Shown piece by piece: positions 55,176-64,000 of a DNA stretch of 64,000 nt (its first letter is position 1; each line of letters begins with the position of its first letter). This stretch comes from Octopus vulgaris. Lineage: Eukaryota. The position numbers were made by a program, and so were the translations under genes. The notes under the pieces were generated by a model. The model saw only the letters and a program-made list of their open reading frames with translations. It ran no database searches and was not told the origin of the DNA. The DNA lies in contig OX597824.1 in the NCBI GenBank assembly GCA_951406725.2, positions 48,670,001 through 48,734,000 on the forward strand, in the 5' to 3' direction.

Positions 55176-55777
55176 TCTGCACTATTTTAACAAACACCTA
55201 ATAGGGTAACGGTTTTGCCAAGATCCGTAATCAAGCCTAAAAGAGCTGTTCCTCTTGAACGATCTAATGTCCATGAGAGATATTTCCTGCTCACCCAGTA
55301 GTGTTTTTTTACGTTTTTATAATCGGTGTTACGTGCACTGGGCTTGGACCAGCTGAAGACGTGGAACAATCATCGAATTGTTGATAGACATTTAAATCCA
55401 GATGTAAGTTTCCATACGTGTACCATTATGCATGTGTGTGTGTGCGCGCGCAAGCACGCGTTTATATACGCATGTGTGTGTGTGTATGCATAAAGCAATC
55501 TGTATATTTTATTTAACGTGGATATACTAAAAGAATGCCACAATGCTGCAGTATTTGTCTAGAGAATGCATTTCGTTTAGAGGTATAGTTCTAAAAAGCA
55601 TAGAAATATCAGTAGCTGAGGAAAAGTGTCCAGAGTGGCAGTGGAACTGATAGATCACGTTATTTCTGCGTACATGCATGTCAATTGGATCGTAAGTCGG
55701 TATAATGTATTTTTCCGCCGGGAACAACGGTGCAGTGACGGAACAACCGACACAATGTATATGATTATGTGGAGAAT

Positions 55778-56090
55778 GTTTACTCTTTTACTTGCTTCAG
55801 TCATTTGACTGCGGCCATGCAGGAGCACCACCTTTAGTCGAGCAAATCGACCCCAGGACTTATTCTTTGGAAGCCTAGTACTTATTCTATCGGTCTCTTT
55901 TGCCGAACCGCTAAGTTACAGGGAGGTAAACACATCACCATCGGTTGTCAAGTGATGTTGGGGGGCAAACACAGACACACAAACATATACATACGCATAC
56001 ATATATATACATATATACATATATATGACGGGCTTCTTTCAGTTTCCGTCTACCAAATCCACTCACAAGGCTTTGGTTGGCCCGAGGCTA
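55778..56090 (-). mobile_element. SINE family A, 5'-truncated
   Basis: Reverse-complement match to the 3' part of 20481-20885. Confidence 0.85.
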
Positions 56091-56727
56091 ACAAAAGTAT
56101 TTGTGAATTTTAATAAAAGCATTAAAGAGAAGTGACCGTGGAAAACCGACAGAAATAGATAGGAGAATAAGAGAGGGGATCACAGTAGGAAGAAAGGGAG
56201 AAACACATGCGAGGGGAAATGTAAATAAAACTGAGAATATGTTTGAAATTAAATGAAAAACAAGAGTTCAAGAATACAGTATAGACTAAATCAATTACAC
56301 AATGTCAACCGAAAAGTACATTCACGCTTAATGAAACACACTTGTAAACATTAAGTGTGCGTGCGTGTGTGTGTGTGTGCGCGCGCGCGCATGTATGTAC
56401 ACATCATCATCATCATCATGATGTCTTTCTTGATTTTATTCTCGAAGACAAAGGTTTTCGTCATATTGCTGGAATCCCCAGAGACTGGCAAATTACAATT
56501 AAACATGTCAAACGAAAAGAGAATGTTTGTGCGGGCGTGTGAGTGAGTGAGTGAGTGAGTCTGTGTGTGTGTGTGTGTGTGTGCTGAAAGAAGGACCCGT
56601 TGTAACAAACCCCTACCTGTTGTGCTGTTGAGAAATAGACAGAAAACAATAAGATAGGTAAAAGCAGGTCGGAGATGCTGGTGAAGGGGAAGGATTAAGA
56701 TAATGATGCTGATGATGATGATGATGT

Positions 56728-56773
<46 letters not shown>

Positions 56774-56990
56774 AATGATGATAATGATGATGAAGGGGAG
56801 GAGGTGATAACAATGATGGTGGGAGTGGGATGGGGCGATGATGATGATGTAAGGAAGAAAGAGTAGGACAGGTGGAGGTGAGAGTATCGTGATCGTCGTT
56901 ATCATTATCATCACCGCCACCACCATCATCATCATCATGGTCATCATCAAAATCTCAACATCGTCGAAGAAGACGTAGAAAAACAATGTG

Positions 56991-57062
<72 letters not shown>

Positions 57063-58171
57063 ATGATATGAGGAAGACGAAGAAAACAACGATTGGAACC
57101 AGGGAGGACTAGAAAATCAAGAATATGGCGGGGTAAGGAAGGGGAGCTAAGATCATTAAGACTTATAGTGAGAAAGAAAATAGAGTGGTGGTGGTCGTCG
57201 TGATGGCGGTGTGGGGCAGCAGCGGTGAAGGTGGCGGCCATGGTGGTGGTGGTGGCAATGGTGCTGGTGGCGAGGATGATTACAGTTGTGGTGATGGTTG
57301 GGGATGTAGTGATCGTCAGGGTGGTGATGACAGTGGTGGTGGTGGTGTGGGGGTGGTGTGGTGGTGGTTGTGGTGTTGTTGTTGTTGGTGGTGGTGGTGG
57401 TGGTGGTGGTGGTGGTGGTGGTGGTGGTGGTGGGGGAATAAAAATGGTTCGAAGGAGATTAAGAAGAACATTTTGACAAGAAATGAAGACTTCATAAAGA
57501 ACTATGCCAAAGAAAGAGGAACGAACTAAAAACAAACAAAAAAAAGAAACAAAAACAAAAATATACGAATCACGAAAGAAAGACAAATAATTGAAATCAA
57601 TGTAAATATAATGGCGCCATATTGGAGAAGTTTGTTAAAATACAGAAATGATTATTATTGTTTTATTTTATTTTATCTTATTCTATATATTTGCTTGCTT
57701 GATTTTTTTTTTGTTTTTTTTTTCACGAATCCGGAAAGTAAACCAGATCAGCTTTAGAACACTCTAAGAAAAAAAAAGACATGTATGTATACGAGATTTA
57801 GTTTTTAGCTGTTGTTGCTGTTGCTCTTGCCCTTGTTGCTGCAGCTGTTGTTGTTGTTGTTTTTGTTGCTGCTACTGCTGCTGCTGCTGCTGTTGATGTT
57901 GTTGTTGTTGTTGTTGCTGCCATCCATGGCGTTTTCGTAAATTGCTTATGGTTTTTGTTACTGTTGCTGTTGTGGTTGATTTGCAGGGGTCGGTGCATGA
58001 GTCGCTGTGCTGCTAACGAGGGTTGGTGAGGAGTGTCACGTCCGTAAGATGGTGATGGTGATGGTGATGGTGTCACTGTTATTACTGGTGATAGTGATGG
58101 TGATGGTGTCACTGTTATTACTGGTGATAGTGGTGATGTTGGTAGTGGCAACGACGGTGGTAGCGTTGTTG

Positions 58172-58203
<32 letters not shown>

Positions 58204-58231
58204 GGTGGTGGTGGTGGTGGTGGTGGTGGCG

Positions 58232-58262
<31 letters not shown>

Positions 58263-58419
58263 TGGTGGAGGTGGTGGTGGTGGTGGTGATCATCATCGTG
58301 GTGCGTCCATTGCTGTTACTGCTTCAAGAAAGCATATAGAGCTATAGATTTCAAGGAAATATCGATATCTCTTGGCAGTTTTGACATATGGAAGTGTAAT
58401 ACAATTGAGAAGTACAGTT

Positions 58420-59240
58420 ACAAAGCAGTACTAGTGCAATGTAAGTGTGTCAGCGCGTTATTACTGCATTGTCAATGTAGTATACGTCCAATGTCGGTAA
58501 ATTGTCATTGCAGTGCTACAGTAATGTCTGTGCACTGTCAGCAAAGTGTCATGCAGTACTGATGCAGTGTTAGCGCGGCAACACATACAGTAAAATTGGA
58601 ACGACAGAGTACACTGTTACTGTATTACCACAGCAGTGTTAGCGCAGTGTTAGCGCAGTGTTAGCGCAGTGTTAGCGCAGTGTTATTGTAATAGTTCTGC
58701 CGTGAGAGTTTCATGCCAGTGTAGTGTTAATGCATGTTAATTTTCTGTCCGTGCAATGACGATGCAGTGTCATCAAGTATCAGGATAATGTTATTGCACT
58801 GCTCTCGCAGTGATGATGTAGTATCAATGCAATTGTCGAGTGCAGTGCTAGTTTACTGTCAATGCTGTATCAGTACTATGCCAGTGCAGCGCTTGTAGTG
58901 TTAAAATAGTGTCAGTGCAATATCAGTGCAGTGTTATAATGATAGATATACCGTGTCAGTTTAATGCATGTTAGTGTTCTGTCCGTGCAATGCCGGTGCA
59001 ATCTGGTAGCAGTGTCCTTGCAGTGTTAGTGTAATGTTACTCCAGTGCTATTGCAGTGATGATGCAGTGTAGGTGCAGTGCCAGTTTCTTGTCACGGTTG
59101 TGTCAGTACTATGTCAGTGCAATGTTAATTTAGTGTTAACGCAGTGTCAGTGGAACATCAGTTCAGTGTCAATTTAATGTCAGTGCAATGTTAGTGCTGT
59201 GTCAGTACAGTATTATTGTAGTGCCATTGCAGTGCATTGA
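58420..59240. repeat. Degenerate minisatellite (gcagtgttagc / cagtgcaatgt 11-mer-like units)
   Basis: Perfect (gcagtgttagc)n core at ~58633-58684 with diverged flanking units. Confidence 0.8.
58576..58609 (+). pseudogene. U6 snRNA 5' fragment
   Basis: cggcaacacatacagtaaaattggaacga--cagag versus U6 CGGCAGCACATATACTAAAATTGGAACGATACAGAG (3 mismatches, one 2-nt gap). Confidence 0.6.
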
Positions 59241-60081
59241 AGTAAAATCCAGTGTACTATTTTGCGTGTTTCCTCCTATATTGTCGTGTATCAAATGAAT
59301 GTTATTTTCTCTACAGCAAGTCCGCAATTTATTCCGATAACCAGGTGTTAACCATTTTCCCACCCGACTGCCCATGTACCCCGTTGCTAGAAAACAAGCT
59401 GACCACTCCAGCAGCGATCCCAAAATGGCTGTGGAAATATTTAACTTATTGGTCAGCTTTTTATCTGCTACTAAATTATTTTAACTGAGTCTATATAGAT
59501 GTATATTGGTTTCAAATTTCATACGAGGCCAGCAATTTTGGTCGTCATCGTGGCGGTCGTGATGGTCGTTGTCGTAAAGGCGCTGGTGGCATTGTTGCTG
59601 CAGCCGTTGTTGTTGTTGTTCTTCTTCTTCTTCTTCTTCTTCTTCTTCTTCTTCTTCTTCTTCTTCTTCTTCTTCTTCTTCTTCTTTTCTTCTTCTTCTT
59701 CTTCTTCTTCTTCTTCTAATCAGGACTCACGCCAATAGCCACAAAGAATAATCTCTAATTCGAGCCTACTCTAAGCTACTAAGAATGTGTGTGGCAACTT
59801 GAAGATCCACCCACCACACGCGATAGATTGGCGGTTGCACGGGCGCGAAAGCTACGTTGTTATCCTCATTCCGTAAACGGTGGCTTTTAACGGGTGGAGA
59901 GCTGAAATATCCTGGGGTACAGAGGATTCGCAAGCTAGACTAGGGTCTGAAAGTTTACCACACCATAGTGGGTTACACCATGGTTCCTCTGGTTTGCGGC
60001 AGAAGTAAGAAGAAAAAGTGAGAGAAAGTTTCGGTGAAAGAGTACAGCGGGGTTCACCACTACCCTCCGCATTGTACTGAA

Positions 60082-61070
60082 GAAAACTTTGTCTCGAAAA
60101 ACTTTGTCTCGTCCTTTAGTTGAACATAACCTACAAGCAAGAGCACCTGCAGTGAAGCCACTGATCAGCTCCAAGAATAAAAAATGTCGTCTTACCTTTG
60201 CAATCTAACATGTGTTGTGGTCTCAAGAAAAATGACAAATGGTGCATTTAAGTGATGAATCTAAGTCTATGTTATTTTCGTCGAAAAGCAGGTGAAAAAT
60301 TGTCGCCTAAATGCCTTAAGACTAGTGTTAAATTTGGTGGAGGAAGTGTCATGGTTTGGGAGATGATATCTGGAGATGCTGTGGGCCCTTTGCTGCGATT
60401 ACATGGAAAGGTAAATGCAGGAGTTTATAAACAACTTGTAAAAGATCATGTCTTGCCTGGGCTGAGAAATTTAACTAAGCGACCACCCATATTTATGCAG
60501 GACAATGCCCCATGTCACAAGGCTAAGGTGGTCATGAACTTCCTCAAGGCTGAAAAGGTTATTGTTATGGTTTGGCCTGCTACAAAGCCCAGACCTCAAT
60601 CCTATTGAAAATGTGTGGAATATTCTAGGAGAACGTTTGAAAGCCAGAAATCCTAAAACAACCGAGCAATTATGGAATGCCCTTCAGGAAGAATGGAATA
60701 AGATCACCCAGCAAGAAATTGAAAATTTAATTTCCCCATGCAGTCGAAAATGTCAAACTTTGATTGAAGCTAAAGGGCTTCACACTAAATATGAAATAAT
60801 TCCAGCATTCTCTGTCACTTTTTGATTATTTTGTTATTTTTTCAACCGTGTTCTGATCATTTTGGCCACCATGGGTTTTGCAGTAAATCACTAAATCATC
60901 CATAACTTTTGTATTCTCCACTCAAATTACACCAAAATCTTAGACAATACCAATTAATATTGTATTTATTGTCTGTGAAAATTATAGAATATAAAACAAC
61001 TTTAATAAAAACTTATACCTACTTTTCTAACGAAAACAATGCCGTTCTGAACATTTTGGCCGCAACTGTA
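60082..61070 (+). mobile_element. Tc1 (DD34E) transposon, 5'-truncated, with IR/DR-type right end
   Basis: SDESK, VKFGGGSVMVW, FMQDNAPCH, QSPDLNPIENVW, GLHTKY; direct repeats gttctgatcattttggcc (~60850) and gttctgaacattttggcc (~61044); terminus caactg-ta. Confidence 0.92.
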
Positions 61071-61302
61071 GGTGTTGGCGATGGTGATGATGTCGCTGAT
61101 GTTGAGGATGACAGTAGTGGTCCTGCAGCTGCTAGTGCTAGCTATGCTTGTGGTGATGGTGATGGTAGTGATGATGGTGTTGAGGTACTGGTTCTGCTCG
61201 TGGATGGTAGTGTTACTGGCGCTGGTTATGAAGGTGGAAGTTTTGGCGCTGATGCTGTTGTTGCTTTTGCTGTTGGTCTGGTATTATTGCTGGTAGTTGT
61301 TG

Positions 61303-61334
<32 letters not shown>

Positions 61335-63251
61335 GGTGGTGGTGGTGGTGGTGGTGGTGGTGGTGGTGGTGGTGGTGGTGGTGGTGGTGGTGGTGGTGGT
61401 GGTAGCGGTGGTGTTAGTAGCGGTGGTGGTGTGTCAGCGTCAACCCTATTCTTCTATTGTGTATAACTTGTTTTATATAACATGTTTTACAACGGACCTC
61501 TGTAACCCACAAATATAAACAATGGTAACATTGCTTTGAGAAAGAATGAAAGTACGTTGGCGGTATACTTCATCGAGTTTTCGAATTAATAAATAAACAA
61601 ACAAATAAGTAAATATAGAAAGAAATAAAGAAATAATTAAAAAAGTAAACAAATAAAATGAGCAGTTTAAGTTTCAATTTCTAATATGGTATTGTATCAT
61701 GGATGAAGATGGGGTCGCGAGAGATTTTGCACCCCTAGTTTGCGTTTCAGTTCAGTCCCTGCTCATGATAGATCAGTATAAAAAATACAGGGTACCATAA
61801 GTGCGGGAACAAAATTTGCCTAGGAAGGGGTGCAAACCCAGGTCCAACCCTGAGTGTTCAAAGCGTTTCCATTGCCAAACCACCGCAAAAAAGAAAAAAA
61901 ATTAGGGGGTGCACTTACATCGCCTGCTCTCTCTGTTCCTGGGTCTATACAGAGCACCCTCGTTAAAACGTACTCCGTTGAGACAACCGGTACTGGTGTG
62001 TTTATGTCCCCGTAACTTAGCGTTTAGGTACAACAAACCGATAGAATAGGTACCAGTCTTTGAAAACTAAAGTACTAGGGTCGACACATTCGACTAAAAC
62101 TTCTTCAAGGCGGTGCCCCAGTATGACCGCAGTCTCACGATTGAAACAAGTTAGAAAAGCCAAAAAAACTAAAACCTCGATTAATTCTTCAAGCTTACCC
62201 GTCCCAGTCCTGCTCTAGCTGTTGAACCTGCAGACGATATTGGAAACCCACTCTGCTACCGCACCAGGCTTTCTCCAGTTACCTTCTACGAGTGAGAGGC
62301 AAGAACCAGTGAAGTATCAGATCATAGTTCCAATGACTAAGAATAGCACATTGTACCGCTTATGTCATCAGACCCCCCCAATAGCTTACTGGTGCTATTT
62401 TGAAATGCAAATCGATCTCACTGAGACTGGAAATTAAAGTGTAAAACAACGTAAATATTGTAGAGCGTTCTATTGATTCTGCCATCTACATAATTACATA
62501 ATTTCTGACATAGGTGCAACACGACACGTTTTAAGTGAAGAAGAGGGCGGGGCTATAGTTGATTATATTCACTCTGCATATTTGCTCTAGCTTTACCAAC
62601 AAGGACAACTGTAGTCAGTTTCATTAACCTCAGTATTAATTTTATAAACCCCGGAATAATAAAAGTGTAACGTGAACACAAGGGATAAAGTAACCTAAAT
62701 AATAACTACCAGATTTTCAGCTCGACGCCCTAACGATTCTATCTTCAAACGAATTATAATGAAAACCATAATATTAAGAGAACCATTCTATTATAATTGC
62801 CTGGTTTTACTCAAGACCACCTGCATTGGGATACACACAGCTTTACTGCAGCAGTTAACAAAAAATATACAATGAACAAAACACTTTCACGTGAATTAAT
62901 TAGCATTGTCCCTCCCTCCACACAAACACTTTTTCTGTCTGAATGACGTCAACGCAAAAAATAAGTTCGATGGTTTGTTGACTTGCTGGTCATTTACAAT
63001 TTAATGAGTGATAAAAGCTTTTCAAACTAAGATTTGCTTTTACTTAGAGTCAGTAATTTATATTCCATTATTCAACATCATCCTGTCTCTGTCCATCTCT
63101 CTCTTTCTCTCTCTCTTTCTCTCTCTCTTTACCTGTGTCTCTCTCCCTCTTTTTTATCTATCTATCTATCAATTTATCGATATATCAATCGATCACTTTA
63201 GCTTTCACTCAATCTATTCATTTATCAATCTATCTATCTATCTATCTATAC

Positions 63252-63324
<73 letters not shown>

Positions 63325-63486
63325 AACATATATATATATATCTTTCTATCGCTATTTCCCACCTCTTTGTCTATTTACCTATCTATATCAATTTAGTTAT
63401 CGATAGGCGCAGGAGTAACTATGTGGTAAGTAGCTTGTTTACCAACCACATGGTTCTGGGCTCATTCCCACTGCGCGGCACCTTGG

Positions 63487-63698
63487 ACCCCACAGGGGGC
63501 TAAACACAGAGGGGACAAACAAACGGATTAAGTCGATTACATCGACTCCAGTGCGTAACTGGTACTTATTTAATCGAGCCCGAAAGGATGAAAGGCAAAG
63601 TCGACCTCAGCGGAATTTGAACTCAGAACGTAACGGCAGGCGAAATACGGCTACACATTTCGCCCGGCGTGCTAACGTCTCTGCCAGCTCGCCGCCTT
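63487..63698 (-). mobile_element. SINE family B, intact 5' head and body
   Basis: Minus strand aaggcggcgagctggcagagacgttagc...ttcatcctttcgggctcgattaaataagtaccag...gtgtttagccccctgtggg. Confidence 0.9.
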
Positions 63699-63751
63699 AA
63701 AAAAAATATGGAACGCTTCACGAATTTGCGTGTCATCCTTGCGTAGGGTCT

Positions 63752-63784
<33 letters not shown>

Positions 63785-63808
63785 AATATGTACCGCCGTA
63801 GCTAGTAC
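63699..63808 (-). pseudogene. U6: Full-length U6 snRNA retrocopy
   Basis: Minus strand GTACTAGCTACGGCGGTACATATTCTAAAATTGGAACGATACAGAGAAGATTAGCATAGACCCTACGCAAGGATGACACGCAAATTCGTGAAGCGTTCCATATTTTTTTT; ACAGAGA box intact, internal stem-loop substituted, no upstream promoter context. Confidence 0.95.
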
Positions 63809-64000
63809 ACTAGTAGCTAGTATAGTAAAAGCGACTTCTACTGTAGCCTTGGGCCGACCAAAGCCTTGTGAGTGGATTTGGTAGACGGAAACTGAAAGAA
63901 GCCAATCGTATATATATATATGTGGGGGTGCATGTTTGTGTGTCTGTGTTGGTCTCTCTACCTTGGCTTGACAACCGATGTTGGTATGTTTACGTCCCCG

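Larger units (their letters stand above)
63404..64000 (+). mobile_element. SINE family A interrupted at the CORE-like motif by a U6-SINE B insert
   Basis: Head 63404-63486 ends at caccttgg; the body resumes at ~63829 (aagcgacttctactgtagccttgggccgacc). Confidence 0.88.

Noticed and set aside
56351-57586. 411-aa minus-strand ORF, the longest in the track
   Set aside because: It consists of translated trinucleotide and dinucleotide microsatellites (poly-P, T, I, M) with no domain.
63699-63808. Functional U6 gene
   Set aside because: Upstream DNA is antisense SINE A with no PSE/TATA, and there are substitutions in the 5' stem and the internal stem-loop.

Overview
AT-rich, repeat-saturated eukaryotic DNA, intergenic or deep intronic. 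It is most likely from an octopod cephalopod, inferred from the tRNA-derived SINE families and the extreme microsatellite density. I could not identify a convincing host protein-coding exon, and almost all track ORFs are translated microsatellites or SINEs. The recognisable content is mobile DNA: two abundant SINE families, Penelope-like elements (Naiad-type RT and GIY-YIG pieces, a Poseidon-type GIY-YIG piece, and many hammerhead-bearing tails in (TA)n tracts), a decayed Tx1/L1-clade LINE, an R4/Dong-like LINE 5' part, two mariners, a Tc1, a maT/DD37D-like remnant, a hAT/Charlie-like non-autonomous element and a Helitron helicase remnant. The most notable observations are: (1) a full-length U6 snRNA copy joined directly to a SINE and inserted inside another SINE, plus a second U6 fragment; (2) a complete type I hammerhead ribozyme at 11180-11259 among a series of hammerhead-tailed mini-elements; (3) a Tx1-like LINE with two tandem homologous ORF1 units; (4) two mariner copies sharing the same external flank; (5) several long inverted repeats able to form dsRNA. 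All family assignments come from motifs recalled and aligned by eye, not from database searches, and boundaries of decayed elements are approximate.
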